Shown: positions 7,509-16,218, numbered from the stretch's first letter. The stretch: DNA of 64,000 nucleotides from Candidatus Parcubacteria bacterium (GCA_003599295.1 QZJK01000011.1:13372-77371), one strand, 5' to 3'. Numbers and translations: made by a program. The notes: generated by a model not told the origin, from the letters alone.

Positions 7509-9179
7509 TTATTTCCGTTTAGAAACCCTTTCAATCGCCGCTTTGATGAATGCGGTAAAAAGCGGGTGCGGTGAGAGCGGGCGGGCACGAAGTTCCGGAT
7601 GGAATTGAGTGCCAACCATAAATGGATGCGCGTCTTTCGGAAGCTCTGCTATCTCCATGAGCTTACCGTCCTGCCAGCGTCCTGAAAATACGAGTCCCGC
7701 CTTCTCGAGCTGCTCCACATACTTGGGATTTATCTCATAGCGATGACGGTGGCGTTCGGACACTTCCTTTTCCCCATACGCTTCACGGACGATGCTCCCC
7801 TCTTTGAGGATGCATGGATACGCGCCGAGACGCATCGAGCCGCCGTAGTCTTTCCGCGCAAGCTTCTCTTTCTGATCCGGAAGGATGTCTATGACCGGAT
7901 GCGGTGTTTTCTCGTTTATTTCCGTCGTATTCGCGTCCTTGAGTCCCGCGGCATTCCGCGCATATTCAATGACCAGCATGTGGAGCCCGTAGCAAAGGCC
8001 GAAATACGGGATTTTATTCTCGCGAGCGAACTGTGCCGTTCGTATCTTTCCCTCGATACCCGTCTCGCCGAATCCGCCGGGGACGATGATACCGTCGTAC
8101 TCGGCAAGCGATTCTACGGGAAGTTTTCCGCTCTCGATATCTTTCGCGTTTATCCACGCTATCTCCGGTTTGTATTTCAAACTGTACGCAGAGAACTTGA
8201 TGGCCTCGATGACAGAGAGGTACGCATCGGAAAGAACGAAATCTCCCGTATCAAAATACTTACCGACGATGCCTATCTTCACCGTTCCGTTCCCGTTGTG
8301 CGCGTGCTCCGCGAATTTCTTCCACACCGAAAGATCCGCCGGCGGTGCATCTTCTTTCCCGAGCGCTTCCAAAAGAGTGTCGGAGAGCTTGTCTCGTTCG
8401 AAATTGAGCGGCACGTCATAGATGGATTCCACGTCCGGCGCGGAGATGATGCGGTCTGCGGGTACGTTGCACCAAATCGCCAATTTTTCTTTTCGCTTCC
8501 TATCCAACAGATGCGTGGAGCGAGCGATGATGACATCCGGTTGTACCCCGTACGAATTCAGCATGCGTACCGCGTTCTGCGTCGGCTTCGTTTTCATTTC
8601 GCCGAGCGCCCCTGGTACGGGCAAGTAGGAAACCATGACGAACAGCACGTCTTCGGGGTCAAGCAGGTGCATGACGCGCGCCGCCTCGATGAAAAGTGCG
8701 TTCTGAAAATCGCCGATGGTACCGCCTATCTCAATGACCGACACATCCGACTTCGATGCCGCAGCGGCGCGCTTTAAACGGTCGGTTATCTCATCGCGCA
8801 CGTGCGGTATCGCTTCCACGCACTTTCCTCCGTAATCCAAATTGCGTTCGCGCTCGATAACGGAGCGATACACCATGCCGCTCGTCATGTAGTCGTCGGG
8901 ACCAAGATCGCGGTCGAGAAAGCGTTCGTAGTTCCCCATGTCTTGGTCCGTCTCAAGACCCGAATCCAAGACGAATACTTCCCCGTGCTCAATGGGGTTC
9001 ATGGTGCCCGCATCCACGTTGAGATACGGATCGACTTTCACGAGATTTACCGAGAGTCCGCGCGCGGTCAGAAGTTTTCCTATCGAAGCGGTCGCAATGC
9101 CTTTGCCGACGCCGGACATGACACCGCCGATGACAAAGATGTATTTATGCCCATCTTTTTTGCGCGCACGCACTGCCAT
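7509..9179 (-). CDS. pyrG: CTP synthase
   Basis: GGVMSGVGKG, DPYLNVDAGTM, GLCYG, ERHRHRYE, QFHPE. Confidence 0.98.
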   Translation of the reverse strand: MAVRARKKDGHKYIFVIGGVMSGVGKGIATASIGKLLTARGLSVNLVKVDPYLNVDAGTMNPIEHGEVFVLDSGLETDQDMGNYERFLDRDLGPDDYMTSGMVYRSVIERERNLDYGGKCVEAIPHVRDEITDRLKRAAAASKSDVSVIEIGGTIGDFQNALFIEAARVMHLLDPEDVLFVMVSYLPVPGALGEMKTKPTQNAVRMLNSYGVQPDVIIARSTHLLDRKRKEKLAIWCNVPADRIISAPDVESIYDVPLNFERDKLSDTLLEALGKEDAPPADLSVWKKFAEHAHNGNGTVKIGIVGKYFDTGDFVLSDAYLSVIEAIKFSAYSLKYKPEIAWINAKDIESGKLPVESLAEYDGIIVPGGFGETGIEGKIRTAQFARENKIPYFGLCYGLHMLVIEYARNAAGLKDANTTEINEKTPHPVIDILPDQKEKLARKDYGGSMRLGAYPCILKEGSIVREAYGEKEVSERHRHRYEINPKYVEQLEKAGLVFSGRWQDGKLMEIAELPKDAHPFMVGTQFHPELRARPLSPHPLFTAFIKAAIERVSKRK

Positions 9180-9194
9180 ACGAACTCTACTGTA

Positions 9195-10124
9195 TCACGT
9201 TCGCAGGTACCGCCTAACTGCAAGAAAACTGGATAACGCCCCGAGCGCAACGCCAGTGCCCACGACGATGACAAAAAGGAAGAAGAACGAACCTATATAG
9301 TAGTTATAGACGTTGAACGCCTCCAAAAACCGCTCGGAACCGGGCCCAAGCCAGAGGGTCAGCGGGTAGAGGAGAAGAAGGACTAGAAGGCCGCTTACCA
9401 CCCCATAGAGGACGCCGGCCACCATAAACGGTCCCCGCACGTACCATCTGCCGGCGCCCACGATATTCATGACGCCTATTTCGTCGCGCGCCGTGTATAT
9501 CGCGAGACGGATGGTGTTGAAGGCAATGAGAAGCGTGCAGAGCGCGAGAACGAATGCGATCACATACCCTACCCGCTTCGATGTTTGGATAATACTGGTC
9601 AACCGGTCTATCGCCGCCTTGTTCTGATAGAAATTCACCTTATCAATGACGGCCCCCGCTCCGCTTCCGGCTTCCTGACGCGATTCAAGGAACGCTGCGA
9701 TCGATTCATACTGGCTCGTTTCTTTCGCGCGTATGCCGAGGCTCGCCCCCAATGGGTTCTCTTCAAGTTCATCAAGGGCCTGGATCGTGAGCTGGTCGTT
9801 CTTGTGCCGTTCCCGAAATGCGGTAAGGGCTTCTTCGCGGCTCGTATATGCGACCGATGCGACTTCAGGAAGCGCTTCCAGTGAATTGCGTATTTCGGAT
9901 ATCTGTTCTTCCGTAGCACTCGTCATGAAATACACCGTCACGTCGACTTTTTCCGTGAGCGAAGCGAGCGTTGTCTGGAGGGCTGCTCCGAATATGATGA
10001 CTGCTGCAAGCACGAAGAGCGTTATCGTCATGATGAGAACAGCCGCAAGCGAAACGAACCCGTTCCGCATGAATCCGATGAGTCCGTACCTCGCGACTCT
10101 TTTTATGTTTACCCAAGTGCTCAT
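9195..10124 (-). CDS. ftsX: Cell division permease FtsX
   Basis: 4-TM topology with large extracellular loop, NTIRLAIY..RDEI motif, follows ftsE. Confidence 0.93.
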   Translation of the reverse strand: MSTWVNIKRVARYGLIGFMRNGFVSLAAVLIMTITLFVLAAVIIFGAALQTTLASLTEKVDVTVYFMTSATEEQISEIRNSLEALPEVASVAYTSREEALTAFRERHKNDQLTIQALDELEENPLGASLGIRAKETSQYESIAAFLESRQEAGSGAGAVIDKVNFYQNKAAIDRLTSIIQTSKRVGYVIAFVLALCTLLIAFNTIRLAIYTARDEIGVMNIVGAGRWYVRGPFMVAGVLYGVVSGLLVLLLLYPLTLWLGPGSERFLEAFNVYNYYIGSFFFLFVIVVGTGVALGALSSFLAVRRYLRT

Positions 10125-10179
10125 ACGCGCTCTATTGTAGCATCACGCACTGATGCTCCTAGATATCTGTGGGGGTTTA

Positions 10180-10860
10180 CTATAAAACGTACTTCCCCAT
10201 TTTATCGTCTCTGACAACTCTTCCTTGGTCCATCGTAACAACTCGGCGGCCTACAGAATCGACGACGCTCTTGTTGTGCGTTGCAAGAAGGACGGTCGTA
10301 CCGAGATCGTTTATCTTTTTCAATATTTCGACGACGTCGTGCGTGTTTATAGGGTCAAGGTTTCCGGTCGGCTCATCCGCTATCAAGACGTCCGGCTGGT
10401 TGACGATGGCGCGTGCGATAGCAACACGCTGTTGTTCGCCGCCGGAAAGTTCCGACGGAAAACTCCACATTTTTTCGGGAAGACCGACGAGGTCGAGAAC
10501 GTGCGGCACATCAGCCTCGATATCCTCATCGCTTTTCCCCGCAACCTCAAGAGCGAACGCGATATTCTCATAGACCGTTTTCATAGGAAGCAGGCGGAAA
10601 TCCTGGAATATCGTGCCGATTTTCCGCCTCAATTCCCGAAGTTCGTTCTGCGAAAGCCCCTCTATCTGGCGCGAGCCGAAATAGACAGAGCCCTCGGTGG
10701 GCAAGATCTCCGCGAACAGCATTTTGAGGAGGGTCGTCTTGCCTGCACCGGAGTGCCCGACTAAGGAAACGAACTCTCCGGGCTCGACGCCAAGCGTTAT
10801 ACTCTCGACTGCAGGCGGTCCGCCGTTGTATTTTTTCGTTACTTTGTCGTAGAAGATCAT
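10180..10860 (-). CDS. ftsE: Cell division ATPase FtsE
   Basis: GHSGAGKTT, FQDFRLL, LSGGEQQR, ADEPTGNLD. Confidence 0.95.
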   Translation of the reverse strand: MIFYDKVTKKYNGGPPAVESITLGVEPGEFVSLVGHSGAGKTTLLKMLFAEILPTEGSVYFGSRQIEGLSQNELRELRRKIGTIFQDFRLLPMKTVYENIAFALEVAGKSDEDIEADVPHVLDLVGLPEKMWSFPSELSGGEQQRVAIARAIVNQPDVLIADEPTGNLDPINTHDVVEILKKINDLGTTVLLATHNKSVVDSVGRRVVTMDQGRVVRDDKMGKYVL

Positions 10861-10923
10861 ATAAACGACATTTCTAGCCCTAAAAGCTAGTTTTTGCGAA
10901 ACACCAGCTGCATAATCGCGTCA

Positions 10924-11820
10924 TTATACCGCACCTGCTCCGCTCTCCAAACTCCTTTCCGCATCTATGAACGATTGAATGTCCCCATCGAGCACGTTCT
11001 CGACGTCGCGGCGTTCATGTTCAGTGCGATGGTCTTTCACGAGCTGGTACGGATGAAGGACATAGGAGCGGATCTGGCTTCCCCACTCGATCTTCGTCGA
11101 GGTGCCGGCAGAAAGACCCCGCGCTTCGCGCTCTTGCGCTTCCTGCTTCAATTGAAAGAGCTTTCCCCGCAGCATTTCGAGCGCTTTTTCCCGATTCTGC
11201 AGCTGACTTCTCTCGCTCGTTACATGGACCGACATACCGGTCGGCTTGTGCGTCATCCTGACCGCCGTATCGCGTTTATTCACATTCTGTCCGCCCGGAC
11301 CTCCGGAACGCGCGACGGTCACCTCGAGTTCATTTTCCGGAATGTGCGCTTCACCGACATCGGGAAGCTGCGGCAATACTTCGACGAGTGAAAATGATGT
11401 TTGACGTTTGCCGGCCGAGTTAAACGGCGACATGCGCACCAAGCGATGAACACCCGCTTCACCTTTTAATGTGCCGTACGCTCCCGCACCGTTCACTTCG
11501 AGAGAGATGCTGCGGTACCCGCCCATCGTATTCTGGTTCGATGAGAGGAGTGCCGTCTTCCAGCCGCGTGCGAGCGCGTATTTGCCGTACATTTCGAACA
11601 AGATGCGTGAAAAATCTTCCGCATCGTCGCCTCCCGCGCCCGATACTATGGAAAGTATTGCGTTCCCCTTATCGTAGGCGCCGGCTCCCGCAAGCTTTGC
11701 CTTGAGCTCCTGATACTCTTTCAATGTGTTCTGCGCGCGCTCTTTATCAGCCCAAAAGTCTGCCGCGCCCATCGCGGCCTCTATTCTCTCAATGCGCGTC
11801 TGTATCTCCTCCTTTTGCAT
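10924..11820 (-). CDS. prfB: Peptide chain release factor 2 (short form)
   Basis: SPF anticodon-mimic motif and GGQ; 298 aa. Confidence 0.93.
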   Translation of the reverse strand: MQKEEIQTRIERIEAAMGAADFWADKERAQNTLKEYQELKAKLAGAGAYDKGNAILSIVSGAGGDDAEDFSRILFEMYGKYALARGWKTALLSSNQNTMGGYRSISLEVNGAGAYGTLKGEAGVHRLVRMSPFNSAGKRQTSFSLVEVLPQLPDVGEAHIPENELEVTVARSGGPGGQNVNKRDTAVRMTHKPTGMSVHVTSERSQLQNREKALEMLRGKLFQLKQEAQEREARGLSAGTSTKIEWGSQIRSYVLHPYQLVKDHRTEHERRDVENVLDGDIQSFIDAERSLESGAGAV

Positions 11821-11867
11821 TGAGGCAGTATACCCCTTACCACTTTTGAGCCAAAAGTGGTAAGGGG

Positions 11868-12764
11868 TTATTCGCGATTAAGCAGGGCGACGCGATACAT
11901 CGCAAACATGAGGACAACAGCGGCAGCATACTGGGTCCACGCAAGTACCGTGCCGTACAAAAAGTAATCGATGAAAATAGCGGTGAGCGGGAACGCGAGC
12001 TCGACGATGGTCGAGACGCTTGCCCGCGTGTGCTTGAGGCCCCGATAGTATATCCAAAGCGCGGCCATCCCCGTCGAGAATGCAATAAGCGCAAGTGTCC
12101 CGTATTGAACGAATGTAATCTCTCCGAGAGTCGGCGCGGCGCCAAGCGCGAATACGAACACGAGTGCGATAGGGACCGTGAGTAGGAATCGAAGGCCTGT
12201 AACGAATGTGTGCGAGTGGTTGAGAAGCACGTAGCGGGAAAATGCGGTTGATGTTCCCCATGCCGCCGCCGCGAGGAGCGCGTAGAGCGCCGCAACGACG
12301 TACGCTCCGCCCTCGGAGAAATTCACGAGACCATTCGGGAACGTGACGAAATAGCCGGCCGTGAGCGCGAGCGCCGCCCACGCAACATACCCTCTCGTGA
12401 TCCGTTCTTTAAGCAGAAGCCAAGCCGCGAAAATCGCGAAAAGCGGTTGAAGCTTTTGGAGAAGGAATACGACGGAAAATTGGATGAAATTCACTTTGAG
12501 GAGAGCCGTCGTGAAGAAAAGCGTCCCCAAGACTCCCGAAAAAAGCGCGACGAGGCCGATGGCCCCCCACTCGTGCTTGTTCAGCTTCTCCCCTTTCCAT
12601 GCGCGGAACAGGAAAGGCGAAATGAGAATGAGCCCTATCAAGTGTTCGAAGAACACTATCGTGACCGGGGGAAGACCGAAAAGCGAGCGGCGAAGGATGC
12701 CATCGAGAGCCCAGAGAATAGCGGCTATGAAAATAAGGAACGGGCCCGACGACATATATTGCAT
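11868..12764 (-). CDS. DMT/EamA transporter, probable riboflavin transporter (RibN-like)
   Basis: ~10 TM in two EamA repeats; directly downstream of an FMN riboswitch. Confidence 0.85.
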   Translation of the reverse strand: MQYMSSGPFLIFIAAILWALDGILRRSLFGLPPVTIVFFEHLIGLILISPFLFRAWKGEKLNKHEWGAIGLVALFSGVLGTLFFTTALLKVNFIQFSVVFLLQKLQPLFAIFAAWLLLKERITRGYVAWAALALTAGYFVTFPNGLVNFSEGGAYVVAALYALLAAAAWGTSTAFSRYVLLNHSHTFVTGLRFLLTVPIALVFVFALGAAPTLGEITFVQYGTLALIAFSTGMAALWIYYRGLKHTRASVSTIVELAFPLTAIFIDYFLYGTVLAWTQYAAAVVLMFAMYRVALLNRE

Positions 12765-12785
12765 ACGAGAGTACGTGATATGAGT

Positions 12786-12814
12786 AATAAAAAAACCCCG
12801 CTCGCTCGGGGTTA
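12786..12814 (-). terminator. Riboswitch expression-platform terminator
   Basis: AACCCCG-AGCGAG-CGGGGTT followed by a T-run, between aptamer and start codon. Confidence 0.8.
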
Positions 12815-12842
12815 TGACAGACCACTCTAAAAAGAATGGCTT

Positions 12843-12958
12843 TGTCCTTCTTTCATCCCGACTGTACGGTCGGCACTGGAATCTCACCAGTTCGTGTCTT
12901 TTTACAGACTCGCGGGCTTTACCGCCGATTGGGACTTACACCCAACCCCGAAGGAACA
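12843..12958 (-). promoter_or_regulatory. FMN riboswitch (RFN element)
   Basis: CTTCGGGGTTGGGTGTAAGTCCCAATCGGCGGTAAAGCCCGCGAG...CTGGTGAGATTCCAGTGCCGACCGTACAGTCGGGATGAAAGAAG matches the RFN consensus. Confidence 0.95.
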
Positions 12959-13002
12959 TGCTTAGTATACACGATTTTGAGTCTGTACGGTACCGCTCAA
13001 AC

Positions 13003-13371
13003 CTACTTTGCCAAAAATCCTGACTGACTTCGCACGCGATGTTTGTGCGTTCTCTTTTTGTGAGTCGTTTCAAGAATTTCTTTGAGTTTGCTGAGGCGCG
13101 TATCCCACTCTCGCTCCAGATGGGTAATGAATTTTTTGCCCAACTTCAACGAATTGATATCTAACAGTACTTGTACTTCACGCCCATTTGGTTTGAGGTG
13201 CACGATATTTGCAGACACGAGTACCTGTACTTGTTTTCGTGCTCCTTGTCTTGAGATATCAAGATTCTTGGTGAGACTCCCCATTGTATGTATCGCCCCA
13301 TCAGAAAGACGTTTGACGATCTCCAGTCGCACAGGGTCACCGAGTGCTTTAAAAACTTGAGCTTCTGTCAT
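13003..13371 (-). CDS. ArsR/SmtB family transcriptional regulator
   Basis: FKALGDPVRLEIV...ISRQG HTH. Confidence 0.9.
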   Translation of the reverse strand: MTEAQVFKALGDPVRLEIVKRLSDGAIHTMGSLTKNLDISRQGARKQVQVLVSANIVHLKPNGREVQVLLDINSLKLGKKFITHLEREWDTRLSKLKEILETTHKKRTHKHRVRSQSGFLAK

Positions 13372-13808
13372 TTAGGTTTGCTGAAGAACTTCTCGAGACG
13401 ACCGAGCATAAATTCCCATCCTCCGGAATTCTGTTCGAATGCTTTTTCCGCCATACCTTCAGGTAATGCGGCAAAACCGGATTCTGTCATCGTGACCGTA
13501 CACGTTCCGTCCTCTTCTTTGATACTAAACTCGACCAGAGTGTTCGGTACGGTTGACACATCGCCGACAAAGTCACTGCCTCCAGGAATCCATCGATAGG
13601 CAAAGTACTCATAGGGCTTTGCCTCAACGACAGAAATTTGAGATTTGCCGTGTCCCTTAAAGACAAAAACCGGCTGTTCTCCGACCGCGTACGTGCCTTC
13701 TACGGCATCAGGGAACCATAAAATAACTTTCTTAGGATTTGCTATTGCGTCATATACCGCTTCCTTAGAAGCCTTAATGGCTACTTCGCGCTTAATTATG
13801 TCCTGCAT
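13368..13808 (-). CDS. SRPBCC/AHSA1 domain protein
   Basis: IKREVAIKASKEAVYDAI...TESGF...NSGGWEFMLGRL; usual partner of ArsR. Confidence 0.88.
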   Translation of the reverse strand: MQDIIKREVAIKASKEAVYDAIANPKKVILWFPDAVEGTYAVGEQPVFVFKGHGKSQISVVEAKPYEYFAYRWIPGGSDFVGDVSTVPNTLVEFSIKEEDGTCTVTMTESGFAALPEGMAEKAFEQNSGGWEFMLGRLEKFFSKPK

Positions 13809-13847
13809 ACTTTTATGTACGAATTAATTATTAATGCTAATGGACGC

Positions 13848-13896
13848 AGTATAACAAGACGTGTATAAATATGCAACCATAAAGTTGCATATTTAT
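13848..13896 (-). promoter_or_regulatory. Promoter with overlapping palindromic operator (probable ArsR site)
   Basis: TTGCAT-17-TATACT on the - strand; perfect 13-bp inverted repeat ATAAATATGCAAC-N6-GTTGCATATTTAT (13865-13896) over the -35. Confidence 0.8.
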
Positions 13897-14006
13897 GTGG
13901 ATACGCTCCAATGTAGACTCAGGTCGTATCACCTTGGCTCCGCGGAGGCGCTGGGCGGCGCTCAGAGTCGCCGCGCGCGTGGCGAAATCACTTTGAATTT
14001 GATTTT

Positions 14007-14139
14007 TGAGCCACCAGCCGAGCTTGGAAACCCTCGGTTTTCCAACGCGCGCTTCGCGCGCTGCCTTCCGACACGGGGAACTCCCATTCCCCGACCCCCT
14101 CACACGCGAGGCGGCTCTACATTCACTACGTTCACTCTG
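14007..14139 (-). repeat. tRNA 3'-flank element (core family A) after tRNA-Thr(CGT)
   Basis: Inverted (14108-14117) and degenerate direct copy of the tRNA 3' end around a GGGGTCGG..CCGTG..GGAAAACCGAGGGTTTCC core. Confidence 0.7.
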
Positions 14140-14212
14140 AGCCGCCTCCCGGGATTGAACCGGGGACCTTATCTTTACGAAAGATACGCTCTACCAACTG
14201 AGCTAAGGCGGC
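14140..14212 (-). tRNA. tRNA-Thr(CGT)
   Basis: GCCGCCT acceptor, TATCT-TTCGTAA-AGATA. Confidence 0.95.
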
Positions 14213-14253
14213 AGTCCTGCAATCCTAATTCATTGAGACGGTATTTTCAATTG

Positions 14254-14325
14254 AGCCGAGGGCGGGAATCGGACCCGCAGTCTACTCCTTACCATGGAGT
14301 TGTTTTACCACTAAACTACCCCGGC
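14254..14325 (-). tRNA. tRNA-Thr(GGT)
   Basis: GCCGGGG acceptor, ACTCC-ATGGTAA-GGAGT; variant T-loop TCCGATT. Confidence 0.9.
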
Positions 14326-14340
14326 ATCTCCGCGATACTA

Positions 14341-15000
14341 TCACGCTACGGAATAATTTTGTAATTCCTCAATACTATTTTGTATAGCCGCATCTGAGAT
14401 GTCGTTCCACGCGAGCGATGTATTCGATAGTACCTGCTCCTCGAGTTTCTTGGCGGATTCCGAAAGTCTTCTGAACGATTCCTCGGATCCATAATGCGGT
14501 CGTATCTTGTTCGTCTCCAGATAGCGTCTTCTCCCCTCAAGAAGTCTCTCGATAAGGGGTAGGACGCCATACGGCCCGACGCGAAGGTCGGCATATTCGC
14601 ATACCTTGCGCTCGACCGAAGGGTCTTTCAGCACTTCCTCCAGCTTCGAAAAGCCGAGGCCATCTATCAACGTGCATACGTTTTCCGGGAGGCCCATGTC
14701 TCGTGCGATAGCGGAGTTTGCCGTGTGATGGTCAGCGCCGTATTTTTTCACGTACTCATCTTTCACTCCTTGCCAGTAGACAAGTCCCTGTGGCTCGAGG
14801 AATTCCGGAAAATACGAGAGTTCCGATTTTATGATATTCCCCATGTCGTGAAAGAGGCATGCGAGCACGACGTCCCGCGTGCGTATCGGCTTCTTGAAGT
14901 TCTCGGATACCAGCTTCCCCACCGCCGCCACACGCAGCTGATGAAGTTGGAGGCTCGGCATCACCCGAAATTCGGCGTACAGCTGACGAGGGGTTACCAT
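14341..15000 (-). CDS. HD-domain phosphohydrolase
   Basis: HQLRV...CLFHDMGN...EYADLR. Confidence 0.8.
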   Translation of the reverse strand: MVTPRQLYAEFRVMPSLQLHQLRVAAVGKLVSENFKKPIRTRDVVLACLFHDMGNIIKSELSYFPEFLEPQGLVYWQGVKDEYVKKYGADHHTANSAIARDMGLPENVCTLIDGLGFSKLEEVLKDPSVERKVCEYADLRVGPYGVLPLIERLLEGRRRYLETNKIRPHYGSEESFRRLSESAKKLEEQVLSNTSLAWNDISDAAIQNSIEELQNYSVA

Positions 15001-15004
15001 GCAC

Positions 15005-15142
15005 TCATGTGACCGTGCCGACGATGCTTCTCGCAAAATCGAGTATCAAGCTCAGGATCTGGATGAGAAACCCAACGAACAGTTCCAAAAAACGGAGGAG
15101 GAACGATAAGAGCATTTCGAGAAGTCCCTTGAGTGCTTCCAT
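15005..15142 (-). CDS. Small hydrophobic protein (45 aa)
   Basis: Manual translation MEALKGLLEMLLSFLLRFLELFVGFLIQILSLILDFARSIVGTVT; stop 4 nt before the HD gene start. Confidence 0.55.
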   Translation of the reverse strand: MEALKGLLEMLLSFLLRFLELFVGFLIQILSLILDFARSIVGTVT

Positions 15143-15163
15143 ATGCCTATAAGTTTACCATTT

Positions 15164-15318
15164 TGCGCGAGCGACCGGATAAGAACTTCTGGAAAACCCA
15201 CGGTTTTCCCATTCCTTCCTCCACGGGAAAACAAATGTTTTCCCGACCCCTTTCCCCTTCAAATCCGGTCTTTCGTTCAGCAAAATGGACCCGCGTACAC
15301 GAGTCCATTTTGTCGATG
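15164..15318 (-). repeat. tRNA 3'-flank element (core family A) after tRNA-Asp
   Basis: Exact 17-bp direct copy (15164-15180) and inverted copy (15258-15279) of the tRNA 3' end; shared core. Confidence 0.8.
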
Positions 15319-15392
15319 CGCGAGCGACCGGATTTGAACCGGCGACCTTTCCCGTGACAGGGGAACGCTCTAACCAGCTGAGCTACGCCCGC
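15319..15392 (-). tRNA. tRNA-Asp(GTC)
   Basis: GCGGGCG acceptor, TTCCC-CTGTCAC-GGGAA, G73. Confidence 0.95.
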
Positions 15393-15469
15393 AAGTGAGG
15401 AGCAAAGAGCATGCTTGCATGCTTTTTCTCCGAATGCCGCGGGCGTATGAGCCATGCGATTACGCCCGC
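15393..15469 (-). repeat. tRNA 5'-leader element, copy 1
   Basis: Direct and inverted copies of the tRNA-Asp first 9 nt plus a core shared with 15586-15665. Confidence 0.8.
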
Positions 15470-15508
15470 AAACGACGGCCATTCTAGCAGAAGTTTCCTT
15501 CCGTGTCG

Positions 15509-15585
15509 TGGTGCCGGCGCCAGGAGTTGAACCTGGGACCTAGCGCTTATGAAACGCTCGCTCTAACCACCTGAGCTACGCCGGC
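15509..15585 (-). tRNA. tRNA with CAT anticodon, probably elongator Met
   Basis: GCCGGCG/CGCCGGC-A-CCA, AGCGT-TTCATAA-GCGCT; Ile2 cannot be excluded by eye. Confidence 0.88.
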
Positions 15586-15665
15586 CTAGTGAGGAGCAAA
15601 AAGGATGCTAGCGTCCTTTTTCTCCGAACGCCGCCGGAGTATGAGAAATACTCGATTACGCCGGC
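15586..15665 (-). repeat. tRNA 5'-leader element, copy 2
   Basis: Direct and inverted copies of this tRNA's first 9 nt plus the shared core. Confidence 0.8.
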
Positions 15666-15727
15666 GTACAGAAAATCTACTAGACTTCGCCTACTCCAGC
15701 AAGCAAAACATATACTATAATTCTCTC

Positions 15728-15916
15728 ATGGGGCGTTTTTGGAATCTGGTTCTCACTATCAACTCCGCGCTTCTTGTCTGTGCGAGCGTCTTTCTCGTTT
15801 ATTCGTTCGGGACAATGCTCATCTTTTTCGAATGGAAACAGTTCGTACTTGCGCTCACTATTTTTATCGTACTCATAGGAACAGAGATGGTCTTCAATAC
15901 ACTCTGTCACGACTGA
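15728..15916 (+). CDS. Small 2-TM membrane protein (62 aa)
   Basis: ATG 6 nt after TATAAT; two hydrophobic segments. Confidence 0.65.
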   Translation: MGRFWNLVLTINSALLVCASVFLVYSFGTMLIFFEWKQFVLALTIFIVLIGTEMVFNTLCHD

Positions 15917-15973
15917 GGTTGTTCCTTGCGATTTTTTCTTGCGGTGCAAGAAAAAATCAACTATTATTGACTT

Positions 15974-16045
15974 AGCGGGGTGGAGCAGTAGTAGCTCGCA
16001 AGGCTCATAACCTTGAGGTCGCAGGTGCAAGTCCTGCCCCCGCAA
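15974..16045 (+). tRNA. Initiator tRNA-fMet(CAT)
   Basis: AGCGGGGTGGAGCAG..., unpaired 1:72, CAAGG-CTCATAA-CCTTG. Confidence 0.9.
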
Positions 16046-16218
16046 CAAAAATGTAGAGATAGAAAACTTCCGCAAGTTTATTTTTGATGCGGGGACAGGA
16101 CTGGGAGAGGGTCGGAGAACGGGAGTTTTCTGTGAAGGAGAGCAGTGAGCGGAGCGAGCGTTGAGAACCGTGGGTTCTCAAAGAGGAGCGGAGCGACGAG
16201 TCTAGCCCCCCGCAACAA
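16046..16218 (+). repeat. tRNA 3'-flank element (core family A) after tRNA-fMet
   Basis: Inverted copy 16088-16102 (14/15) and direct copy 16199-16218 of the tRNA 3' end; shared core. Confidence 0.8.

Noticed and set aside
15393-15665. Mini-CRISPR array or T-box leader
   Set aside because: There are only two copies, separated by a tRNA, and no T-box AAGGTGGCACC-type motif.
14007-16218. Theta/HDV-like ribozymes at tRNA 3' ends
   Set aside because: I could not build the nested double pseudoknot or find the J4/2 catalytic motif consistently in the three copies. This is not formally excluded without a motif search.
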